A program made the position numbers and the translations under genes. The notes under the pieces were generated by a model that did no database searches, was not told where the DNA came from, and saw only the letters and a list, made by a program, of their open reading frames with translations. Positions 35,718 to 46,468 of a stretch of 64,000 bases of DNA are shown one piece after another (within the stretch, counting starts at the first letter, position 1; each line of letters begins with the position of its first letter). This DNA comes from Neophaeotheca triangularis (Eukaryota), in contig BAAIJX010000003.1 of the NCBI GenBank assembly GCA_054600435.1, positions 682,001 to 746,000 on the forward strand, written 5' to 3'.

Positions 35718-37271
35718 TCACAGTTTACTCCGCCCATACTGCATCTGCCTGCTCACAACCCCAGCACCCACCAACCCAGCCAACCCCACTCCCCACCAAA
35801 GCCACCCGCCAGCCCCGGTATCCCTCCCCTCCCTATCAAACCCAGGCTTCTGCTCATTCATACTCCTGAACTTCTTCAGCTTCTCCTGGGTAAAGGGCGG
35901 ATACCTGACGGCCAGAAGACCCTCCATCCACCCGGGCGTCGTCGTGATGGACCTACGGTGCGTGAAAGTGTCGAAACTCGCTTTGCCCCTGTAGCTGCCG
36001 CTGCCGCTGTCGCCGACGCCGCCGAAGGCCAAGGTAGGGATGGAGGCGTGGAAAAAGCCGTCGTTGACGCTTGCGCCGCCCGAGCGGGTTGAGGCGAGGA
36101 TTTTGTCCGTTTCCGCTTTGCTGCCAAAGGGGTAGATGCCTAGCGGGGTTGCGTGGACCGTGTTGGAGAGGGCGATGGCTTCGTCGAGCGTGTCGTAGGC
36201 GAGGATTGGGATCAGCGGGCCGAAAGACTCGGTGGCGATGAGGCTGTCGAGTGGCGAGGAGACTTCGACGACCGTCGGCTCGAAGAAGAGGGTTTCTTTG
36301 TTGGAATTGCCACCGAGCAGGATTTTGCCAGAGGTTTGGGATAGCATTTCTTGCAGGCGGCTGAAGTTGCGGGCGTTGACGATTTTGCCGTAGGAGCTTT
36401 CGTCGCGGGCGCCCTTTGGTTGGAAGTCGGCGAGGGCGAGGCGGATGTTGTCGACTAGGCTGGGCAAAACGGAGCGCTCCACTAAGATGTAGTTTTGGGA
36501 GACGCAGACTTGGCCGACATTGAGCAGTTTGGCCCAAATGAGGCGGCGCGCTGCTAGGCGGAGGTCGGCGTTTGCAGTTACGAAGGCTGGGTTGCGTCCA
36601 CCAAGCTCAAGGGTTACAGGGGTGAGGGTCTCGGCTGCACGCTGGGCGATGATTTGACCGACGTTTGCGCTCCCCGTGTAGAAGATCTTGTCCCATTTGA
36701 GATCGAGGAGGGCTGTAGTCTCAGGGACGGCACCTTGAACGACTTGGTAGGCGGATGGGTCGAGGGAGTTTTCGACAATCTTCTGCATCACGCGAGCAGC
36801 GTTTGGGGCGTTCTCAGACGGCTTGAGGACCGCTGTGCAGCCGGCGGCAATGGCGCCGATGAAGGGTCCAAGAGTGAGCTGGATTGGAAAGTTCCAGCAG
36901 CCAATGACAAGGACGGCACCAAGGGGGTCTTTACGGATGCGTGGTCGAACTGGCATGTTCATCAAGCCCATGTCTTCGGGCTTTTCGTCTTGGGTCCATT
37001 TGGCTAAATTCTTGATCATGTACAGGATGTCGTTGAGCACCCAACCCGTTTCACAGAGATAGGTCTCGAAGTCACCCTTGCCCAGGTCGAGCTGACATGC
37101 TTCGGTGATGGCGTGCTCCTGGTCTTTGATAGCCCAGTAGAGTGCCTTGAGCTGTTGGAGTCGGTACTCTACAGAGCGTGTTTCGTTGGTGGCGAATTTG
37201 GCGACGACACGGTCGTGGGCGGGCCTGATTGAGCTCATATCAGTGGCGGTGTAGGGCGGGAGGTCCGCCAT
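35718..37271 (-). CDS. Class 3 (fatty/apocarotenal-type) aldehyde dehydrogenase with C-terminal TM segment
   Basis: PLGAVLVIGCWNFP, LKPSE, FYTGS, LELGG, GQVCV catalytic Cys, ESFGP, FGGVGDSG. Confidence 0.93.
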   Translation of the reverse strand: MADLPPYTATDMSSIRPAHDRVVAKFATNETRSVEYRLQQLKALYWAIKDQEHAITEACQLDLGKGDFETYLCETGWVLNDILYMIKNLAKWTQDEKPEDMGLMNMPVRPRIRKDPLGAVLVIGCWNFPIQLTLGPFIGAIAAGCTAVLKPSENAPNAARVMQKIVENSLDPSAYQVVQGAVPETTALLDLKWDKIFYTGSANVGQIIAQRAAETLTPVTLELGGRNPAFVTANADLRLAARRLIWAKLLNVGQVCVSQNYILVERSVLPSLVDNIRLALADFQPKGARDESSYGKIVNARNFSRLQEMLSQTSGKILLGGNSNKETLFFEPTVVEVSSPLDSLIATESFGPLIPILAYDTLDEAIALSNTVHATPLGIYPFGSKAETDKILASTRSGGASVNDGFFHASIPTLAFGGVGDSGSGSYRGKASFDTFTHRRSITTTPGWMEGLLAVRYPPFTQEKLKKFRSMNEQKPGFDREGRDTGAGGWLWWGVGLAGLVGAGVVSRQMQYGRSKL

Positions 37272-38137
37272 GGTCAAATGGATAACCATCTTGACAGGGG
37301 GGTAGAGTAGAGGTGAGCGGAAGGGCTGCTGGACCTACTGTACTTGTGCTAGTTGTGGAAGTCAAAGTATCAGTAGGGAGGGAGTGGGAGAGATGCTAGT
37401 GGTCTCTGTGATGTTGTCGCCGTTGTTGTTGTTGTCTGAGGTTGAACGGCAAGATGTGATAAGGTAGTAGTTCCGTAATTAATAGATTCTAGGAGGTACC
37501 TATACCGTACCAATGCCGAGGTGCTTCGCGGGCTGTCAACCAACGTCTCCGCTTTCTGGATATGTAAGGTACCTTGCCTTATGTACCTCAAGATATCCTT
37601 GTCATGTGAAATCGGCCGCATCATCCAATCACATTTCTTTGAGATTAATCGAAGCAGCCAATTGTAGACATACGCTAGCCCCTTTTCTCGACGACATGCT
37701 GCTGTAGAGCAGCTAGAAATTCTATCCTCACGTACGCGTGCAACACCAAGTGCGCTACCGCTACAGGCTAACCACTGTGACGTCGAAGAACGGGGGCTCG
37801 AAAGCAGACAATGGACCTTCGGTAAGCTAATGGCTGGCCTTGACCCTTCTGGATGCTATCCAACGAGACGTATATCGAAATAGTGTACCTAGTTGCTTAA
37901 TTGGTGGCATTCACAAGCTCACTCCAGCATGTCAACACCTTCAACTTCACTACCTCCCAGCTCGAATGAGATGCAGCAAAATCCAGAATCCCAGGGCTTC
38001 AGCAGATCGGCATATCCACCGTGTGGCTACTCATGGGACGCTCCGTACACAAGACATGTCTACCGGAGAGCTCAAGCAAGATCATTCTTCTCCGCCACCT
38101 CGTCAGTGAAGACGAGAGCACGATGAAAAAAAAGATA

Positions 38138-38461
38138 TGTGCGCGTCAGCCAGCGGTAGTGCGATACTAGCGACACGGTGACGGTGAGCATGCGCAAGCA
38201 CAGAAGCTCACCGTCCGGTGCCAAAAATAAGAATAATCTTGAAGGTCCCGTAGGACCCTTTCAGAGATTAAACTGAAACTGAAAGAGGAAGGAGTCAGTC
38301 TCTGCATCATGGGTCGTTCCTTCCTGAACAGGCAACTTACAGAACAGATACTACACTTGATCTAAGCCAAAAGGCTGTCGAGTGAGGGTGTCATGTCAAT
38401 AAACTGGTGGAGTGTGGGTGTTGGTGTTGGGGGTCCGGTTTGACTTACCAAAGAGAGCTGG
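38138..38461 (-). ncRNA. U2: U2 spliceosomal snRNA with two spliceosomal introns (exons 38461-38449, 38374-38341, 38278-~38138)
   Basis: Spliced sequence CCAGCUCUCUUUG|CCUUUUGGCUUAGAUCAAGUGUAGUAUCUGUUCU|UUUCAGUUUAAUCUCUGAAA...; stems IIa, IIb, Sm site AUUUUUG, stems III and IV; ~190 nt mature; ends approximate. Confidence 0.95.
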
Positions 38462-38634
38462 AGAGAGAGAAAGGGAAGAGGGAGAGAAGCGGGCAGGGAG
38501 GCCAGTTTTGTTCCTGCGCTGGCGGCGGGAGTGACTCAGCAGCCGCTCACAATCACTCCTGCAATCACGCCAAGGCCTTCTGTTGACGTCGACGCCCTTC
38601 GAAAAGGGGGGCCGTGCCTGACGCAGAGGCGGGC

Positions 38635-38684
38635 AGATCAGAGCGGGCGGTGAGCTAAGAAAGGTAGATCAGAGCGGGCGGTGA
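38635..38684. repeat. 19-bp perfect direct repeat upstream of U2
   Basis: AGATCAGAGCGGGCGGTGA at 38635-38653 and 38666-38684. Confidence 0.8.
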
Positions 38685-39971
38685 AGGGTGGCAGATCGCT
38701 TGCAAGGGGAGGAGCCTGAGGCTGAAGCATGAGCTCGATAGGCTGGGACTGGGGAGTAGCGTGAATGTTCACTTTGGTATGGCCGGGTGACGGTACGGTC
38801 GAGCAGATTAGCAGTCACGGAGAAATGCTCACTTGGTACCCATACAGTTTGATCCCGGGACTGTCGCAGGCAAATATACCCTACGAGCAGCCACATGTAG
38901 CCATGCAGCGAGATATCTCTTTTGGGCCTGAGCGGCAGCAAGGAAACCTTGATCTTTTTGACAACCTGGCAGATGGATGCAATTGGAGCGGCTGAAAATG
39001 GCAAACCTATCCGATCTTCTCGTTCGGGCCGCATGTCGACAAGGATAACCGTGGTCTGCGTACCAGCGCCTGCCATTCCTTCTCCGTCTAGCTTTGACGA
39101 TGCATCCTGGCCACATCCAGCCGAGATACTGTTGAACCTCCCGATGGTCAAGGAGATCTTTCTACGAAAGATCGCCGGCAACAGGCCACTTTTGCATCAC
39201 AGCATGAACTGTCAATTCGCGGAAGTACATCTTTACGTTTCCTGAAGAGATCGCACGAGGTCAAGGGAGCAGACTGAATTGAAGCGTGCTATCCAGATCA
39301 CAAATCGCTTTTCGGATTTCCGAATACATCTGGGCGGCCATGATGTTTTTGTGCCCGAGACTACGACCGCTCATCTGATAACGATAGCTGGTGGAGAAAC
39401 GGTAGTAAAGAGATCCAGGGGTATCCTGATCTGGCGGAACCGCAAGAATATGGCAAAAGACGAGTCGGCGACAGCATGGTAAGATAACCTCCGGGTACAT
39501 GAGGCTTGGATCGATCCGAGCTGTTAGTGCTGTGGCCATGCGGCAACGTGGGCAGTCGATAAAATGGTAGTATTTGGAGTCAAGCTTAATGGTATTGCGC
39601 TCGAATTTGTTTTCCTCGCGGCGACGTCCACAGACTAGATAGTCGAATTTTTTTATGCAGACTGCCCATATCCTCAGATTAGTCCATCTCGGTGTATCGA
39701 GCTACGTACCTCCGTCGCATTGCACAAGTGAATCGCCAAAGAGCGACGTTGTCGTAGACTGGATGTCGTCTCTCCAAAAAACAGCCGAAGCTTCCCCGAA
39801 GATGACAGCCAACGCGTCTCCAACCTCATCCCGTCGGCGAATACAGCAATTCGATAGAGCCGCAACCCAAAGCTCCAACTCCAACTCCAACGACGACTCT
39901 TCCCTTCCCTCCGACACTCTCCACCTACCTAACCCCCAGGCGAGCTCCCTCACCCTCTCAACCTCGCCAGG

Positions 39972-40703
39972 ATGCAACACCTCCTCGCCCTGCTCCTGGG
40001 CGTCCTACTCCCCCTCGTCTCGGCACTCAAGTTCGAGATCCAAGCCCACCCCGGCGCCGAGTCAAAGAGCAAAGAACGATGCATCCGTAACTTCGTCGCG
40101 CGCGACCAGCTCGTAGTCGTCACGACCGACATCTCCGGCAGCAGGGGCGACGGCATGGTGCTGAACATGCACGTAAGCCTGCCCCCTCCTCCCACCCTCC
40201 CCCAAAACCAAAAAAACTGAAACCCCTCCCTCCCCTCTCTCTAGATCAAAGACGCAGTAAACAACGACTACGGCCGCCCACGCGACGTGGCCGGCCACAA
40301 CCGCTACGCCTTCACTGCCCATGCCGACAGCGCCTTCGACGTCTGCTTCGAGAACATCCTCTCCACGGACCACAACAGCTATCCTCGCAACGCCGTAACC
40401 AGCCGCAGCGTCGAGCTGGACATCGACATCGGCGCCGACGCCAAAGACTGGAGTGCCATCCAAGCCACGGAGAAGCTGAAACCCGTCGAAGCGGACCTGA
40501 AGCGAATTTCCGAAGTCGCGAATGAGGTCGTGCAGGAGATGGATTATTTGCGCACGAGGGAGATGCGGTTGCGGGATACGAATGAGAGTACAAATGAGAG
40601 GGTCAAGTATTTTGCGCTTGTGACCATGGGGTTGTTGGTGTTGTTGGGTGGGTGGCAGATTGTGTATCTGAGGGCGTACTTTAAGTCGAAGCATTTGATT
40701 TGA
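39972..40703 (+). CDS. ERV25: p24 delta cargo receptor (intron 40173-40244)
   Basis: Signal peptide, [37 protein letters not shown] helix, YFKSKHLI tail. Confidence 0.95.
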
Positions 40704-40997
40704 GTTGGGAGACATGGTGTTTCAGAGGAAAGATTGGTTTGTTCAGGACGAGGCTATGGAGGAGCTTGTACCTTAGGTGTACGAATATGAAATACCCCGA
40801 GCTTCCAATTCAAAGCACTGCATCCATCTCCCGCATTTCAAACTCACGCCGCTCGCATAGGTGCTTCCAATCTCCAAGGCGACCCGCGGCGCACCACCTC
40901 TTAGCTCAAGGAACCCTCAAAGCATTCGCTCTCACCGCCGTTCCCTTCCATGCGCCTTTTGCGGAGCAAGTGCCAAATACACATGCTCCAACACTTC

Positions 40998-43710
40998 TCA
41001 ATGCGCATGCTTGGCCATGAATAAGCCAAGCTTGACCTTCATCTTGGTGATCTTGCCCTTTATCTTGCTTCCCAGCCCCTTGCCTGCCGTAGTAGTAGTG
41101 CCAGCAACACTCCTCGCTTCGTCCTTTTTCGGGGTAGCTGAGACCGCCACCGGCTCGCGCAGACCCGGATGGTTCTCTTGGTTGACGACAGAAGTGCTAG
41201 CGGTCGGGGGGACAGTAGTAGGGGTTGTCGCTGCCAACGGCGCAGGTGCTGGCGTGGGAGCACGCGTAAGCAACTTCTCCGTCTTCCCCACCTTCGCCGC
41301 CTCGCCCATCGTATCCCTGAGGCTAGGAGCGTTGGTCCAATCCAGCTCCCTTCTGATTTTTCGGTCCCGATTGACGACCTCCTGCTGTGAAGGCGAGGGC
41401 CTGATCGCCCGCATCAGGGCCTGCCTCTTCGAAGATGGCTTGCTCTTTGTCGAAGACGCGTTGTCGCTCGTACTGTGGGGCGGGTGGATAGCAGGTGTCA
41501 GAGGCGCATTCTCGACTCCACCCGCTGGCGTCATGGTAGGCGGTCCGCGCTGCGTTATCGAGGGGCCCGGGGGGATGATCGTTGTAGCAGGTTCCGCGGG
41601 ATAAGCGGGCACCGTTGGGATGAACCCAGTCACTGGCGCAGGCGTGGGCGAGACGCCGTCGCAGCCGTGGCATTCGTATAGCCGGGGGCCAGCGTAAGCG
41701 TAGCTGCTGTAGTTGGAGTCGCAGGAGGGCTGGCGGTGAGGGTAAGCGTTGCGAGCGCGCGAGACGTGGTGGGCGTAGGATGGGTAAGACGGGCCGTGAT
41801 ATTGATGAGGGCCGGAGCATCCGTGGCGGCAGCAGGGGGCTTGGTTTTGGGAGCGCCGGGGCGGGGAACTCCCTCGGTGCGTTTTGGTCGAAGCGTCCAT
41901 GATTCGCTCATCCATGGCTGTGGGTGGGCCGTGGTAATAGTTTTGACGAGAGCGGGAGCGAGAGCGTCGATGTCCTGTGTCGTGCGTGTCGCCGTAGGAA
42001 CTTGCCATGGGCCCTACTCCCGAGTGGATAGAGAGGTTGTCCCAGTAGTCTTTGACTTCGTTGTTGTAATGTTGCTCCATTGACTCGATAGATTTGATAG
42101 ACAGGTTATCATCGTCTAGGTTGGGCTTTTTGGGATACGCACGACCTGGCTTGGGATTGCCTTGCGCGTCCATACCAAGCTGATCGAGCTTAGCTGGACT
42201 TTTCTGAGGCACCGGGACGTACAGACTAGCAGTGTCCTGCCAGTCGTTATTGACGGTGTTCAGCGGGCTCGTGTGGCGACGAGGGAAGCCGGGGACGCGA
42301 ACAGATTGATTTGGCAGAGGTGGTATGGCAGACGCATCGGCACCGTCGTTTGCGCCGTCGAATATACCGTCGGTTTGCTAAGCTTCACGGACGTACGGCG
42401 GACACTTTGGAGTCTTGTTGTGGACGTGGAATGCACAGTCCCAGCCTCTACGGGCATCGAGGATCCCGTTTCGGTGGATTTCGATGGCATCGTTTGTAAA
42501 GTCGGCTGAGATCTCGGGGTTTTTTGCGAGTAAGGTCTTCATGCTGTCTGACAGGTAGACACCCTCAGCTTCGGGCCTCTCCACCAGACAGCGGTAAGCG
42601 GCTGTGTAGGTGAGAAAGTGGCGCATGTGATTTGCACCTGGCGTGAGACTGTAAATGTACTCCACGCGGTAGGCTGGGGCCGTCATGTTCTCCTTGAGGT
42701 AGTAGTGACGCAGGAGATCCATCACTGTTGAAGAGTTAGCACCTGGCAGATCTAACGCTGGGCATTGAGTTTGGATTACCCTCATTCTGCAGCACCTCGC
42801 TTTCGAACCTGTACGCAATGACATACAAACAGATGTAGTGGCCAGTTGAATGGAAGTCATTAGGGCCGTGCAAACCACCACCGTACAGCCACTTTACGAA
42901 CAACGTGAATCCAAACTCGTCCAAGTCTGAGAAGGTAGTTTTTTCGATCGGGACGCTCTCATTTCCTGCGGCATGGGCAGTCGGAGAGCCGGGGTTGGCA
43001 ACAGGCGCGCCAGCAGGAGCACTAGAGACGATGGACGTGTCCTTGGCGGCGGGCATCGCAGCCGTGCTCATCGGTGCAGTGTTGGCGCCACTTGCTAGTA
43101 CGGTACTAGAGGGGCTCATCGGGGACGCGGCGTTCTGCATCACAGTCTCGCGGACCTTCTCCTAGTAGGGACACTTCTCGAGCAAGACTTGGGTGTGCAC
43201 GTGGAAGTGACGCTTGTTGCTGCCAATTAGAAATGGAGTGAAATTGTCGGCGTCGTTTCGTAGGCTCGCTGTCGTGGGTGTCTCGGCGGTCAGGGAGGTA
43301 GGCGCAAGGGATGGAGTAGCAGCTGGCGTGGCCACTGCTGGAGTTGCTGTAGAAGTTGCTGTAGTGGGCGGGAGTTGGATCGCTGGAGCTACTGGACCGG
43401 CCGGCCCAGGCGGTGCAGACGCGCCTGGAAATGGTGCTGAAACGACACCAGGCGGGGTCATTGGTGTGGTCGTACCGCTTGGACTAGCCGGACTGTTTGC
43501 AGGTGCTAGAGTGGCTCCATGGGTAGGGTCAATTGGTTGCTGCGGAGTTGGATCAGTCTTGGTGTCGGTGTCGCTGTTGCGACGGCTACGTGGTCCCGCT
43601 GGCGTCAGTGCGTTAAACTTTTCGATGCGATCGCGCATGCTGCTGCTGCTCGCGGACTTTGAGACCGTCTTGTTTCCAGGCGGGACGTCGAGAGGCTTTG
43701 ACCCAGACAT
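40998..43710 (-). CDS. BTB/POZ-domain protein interrupted by in-frame TAG at 43162-43164 and 42378-42380 (intron 42725-42779); recoded gene or young pseudogene
   Basis: FLIGSNKRHFHVHTQVLLEKCPY*EKV, FTLFVKWLYGG, LYVIAYRF..LQNE|VMDLLR, CAFHVH; all segments share one frame after splicing. Confidence 0.7.
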
Positions 43711-44435
43711 CACGACCGTTGTCTGTCTGCTGGCCTGCACTCGAGCTGACGCTGTGAGTAGTATATAGGGCTTTCGGATCGTTGGCTAGCGTAAGTTGGC
43801 AGACAGGGTTCTTGGTGGGCGCCGCGGCTGCTCCAGGCAGTGGTTCAGAATGTCGTTTAGGAAGCTTGTGATGGAGGTAGTGATGTACCGTTCGTGGAGT
43901 TGGGGGCTTCTGTCTGGCGTTGGTGTTAGAGCGTCGCTCGGCGTTGACTTGACGATGCCGGTGCGCGTAGTCTTGAACGTGATAGGTGTAGTATGCGGTA
44001 ACGAGTGATGCTTTAACGGGCCTGCTGATGGTCTTGGGAGGCACTTTGAAGGCTGAGGTAAACTCGGAGAAGACAGGATAGGTAACAAATCTAGAATGTA
44101 GGCAATGGTGAAGGCGAGGCTCAGAGCCGTAGCTGATGAATGAAAGTTGCAAGAAATGGCAGTCCAGCTGGCCAGATAAGGGAGACCAGAGATGTAACTG
44201 TAGATATCTCGTGAACAGAATGTGAAGCCGCAGTAGGTAGTTTGTGTTCGTGTTGTTCCTAGAAGTCGAGGAAGCTGCCACAAGAGACGCAAGGAAGGTG
44301 AGAGCTTGCAGCAGGAGGGAAGAGCAAATCGAATTTGTTAGACACTACTTCCCTTCTTAAACTGCTGGGAACCATATTTAGCGCATACAAGTGGTATCCG
44401 TACATGGAATGTTTTGGGACCTTTTGAAGTTTGGC

Positions 44436-45477
44436 TCAAGGGCGATCAAAGTTCTTGAGCTCCGGCATGAAGCCTAGACCACCGCCACCGGTGCCCTCGA
44501 CTCCTTGCGCTAAACCTTTCCCATCCACCTTTGGCTCCTCACCCCCGGCGATATGTACGCCCCCAGCAGAGCGGTCGATGACGTGCTTCCTGAGCATTGC
44601 CAGGATCTCGCTGTTCTTCCATCGGGTGGGCACAGGCCTGTAAGCGGGTTGGAACAGTCCCACAGTCTGCGCCCACTCGCCAGTACCAGGCTCACGAGCT
44701 ACGATATCTTGAAGGGGTTTGCCGTCGGGAGTTCGCTCAACTTCGTTGCCAGCCTTGCCCTGTGCCTCTGGAGCAGCGTAGCTCGGTCCAGCGCCCTCTG
44801 CGTAAGCCATTGAAGTTGGTGTCGGCTCTTGCGTAGCCCAGTAGTAAATATCCCAGTCGTTCTCGTCAAGAAACAAATCATACTGCTGCATCTGCTTGGG
44901 TGTCATCTCGGCCAAGTGTTCGTCGGCGAAGGTGGAGAGGAGAAGATCGCTCTCTAGCGTCCCCCTTTTCCGGGATTGATCTGTGGGAAGCCATCAGCGT
45001 TAGCCACTTCGAGTTCTGCAAGTGGTCATGACACATACAGATGAGACGGGCGCGCATGGTGTTTGCATCCTCGCCAGTACGGCGGAGGGGCTCGACACGA
45101 AACGCGCCACCCTCGATTTCACCTACTTCAAGGTCTGCGTTCGGTCCAGCATCAGGAGCAGGCTTTTGTGTGCCACCCGTCATACGCTCGGTGTTCTCCG
45201 GCGCAGAGTCCTTGGGGGTGTATTCAGGGTCGACGCTGGTAAGCATCTCTGGCGGGGCCTTGTCCATGCCAATGGCGGGCGCTTCGTTGGCGATGGTAGA
45301 GGTTGTGTTGGTCATGTGAGGGTTGAGCGGCTTCTCCTTCATTATCCTGCGGTACTCTTCGGCCGTGTCATTGCACCTTTCGTTGATGTCTACCAGGCGA
45401 GACGAGCTTGTACTGAAGGGTCTGAAGGCGCGAGCAGCCATACGGCTGGAGCGGAGGGCGATGCGTGCCGAGGCCAT
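44436..45477 (-). CDS. SDH5: Succinate dehydrogenase assembly factor 2 (intron 44981-45038)
   Basis: Presequence; spliced [40 protein letters not shown]. Confidence 0.95.
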
Positions 45478-46468
45478 GGTGAGGGCGAAGACGATCAGGT
45501 CCAAGTCGAAGACAGGCGTTTATTTGGTGAGACTGATAGGTGTTTGTAGTTCGAATCAGACCTCGATGTCGAACACTTCCAGCATAAGGTAGGTACCTAA
45601 ACGCCCAAATCCTCGACGTCACCGCTCGCGCTTAGTCATCACGACGACCGGACGACTTCACGGCGGACGACAGGAACGCGTCCGTACCGGTCAAGCAACA
45701 AGAGAGCCTCATTCAAGAAACTGGTCCGGCTTACTACTATATCCCAACTACATAGCATAGTAGTACCTCGAGACATACTTGTATGTCGGGTGTAGCAAAG
45801 GTGGACCGTTCGAAACCGGTCAGACGAGCGGGCTAAGAGTGGTTGGCTGGAAGCATACATAATATATATAAGATATATACAAGATACCTAAAGTACCATA
45901 TGTAGGCAGGTAAGTACCGTAGGTACAACCATGGATATCAAGACCTCATGTCCCACATCGATACCTACTAATACTACCTTATACTTAGGTACCCTCGGTT
46001 GGACCAGCCCGCTTGCTCCTTGCTTCCTTCACGCTTCGCTCAGCCGCCGCACTGGTGCATCCTATACCGGTCACCGGTGCAGCTCTTTCGACCTCCGAAG
46101 GAACGATCCTCTGAGATGTCTGACCTGACCGCACCTGAACCCTGAGATGATTGGTACCTTATTCGTCAACCCAAGGAACTACTACCTAGTATGTACCTCC
46201 TAACAGTACTAACTGCACTGTTGATCCCGTGCCACCCCTCCCCCCTTCAAGTGCCTTTGTACATTATGCTCTTGGCCGCCCAAACAAGCATTGTCATACG
46301 CCTCATCTAGAATGCAGTAGCTGCCCGGCTCTTCACTATTCTTCATGCAGCTCTCTCCAGCTGGATGCAATAAATTGCCCGGTGTCCAATACACATAGTT
46401 AAGTATCGTTTGCCTCGTCTCTACCTTTCCGAATCAGCATCAACTCTTGGGCAAGGAAAAGAAATCGC

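Noticed and set aside
38765..39482. Broken ORFs upstream of U2 (38922-39245 and 39279-39482 in one frame across a TGA)
   Set aside because: No recognisable domain and the stop is TGA rather than an editable UAG; may be a decayed gene but cannot be supported
40998..43710. Genome-wide UAG reassignment as the explanation for the in-frame stops
   Set aside because: COX9, APM3, the GH76 gene and the SKL-ending isomerase all terminate at TAG at their expected C-termini
46105..46160. TPP riboswitch (CTGAGA motifs)
   Set aside because: No matching P4/P5 GAACYTGAT...AATRC...GCG consensus and no thiamine gene nearby
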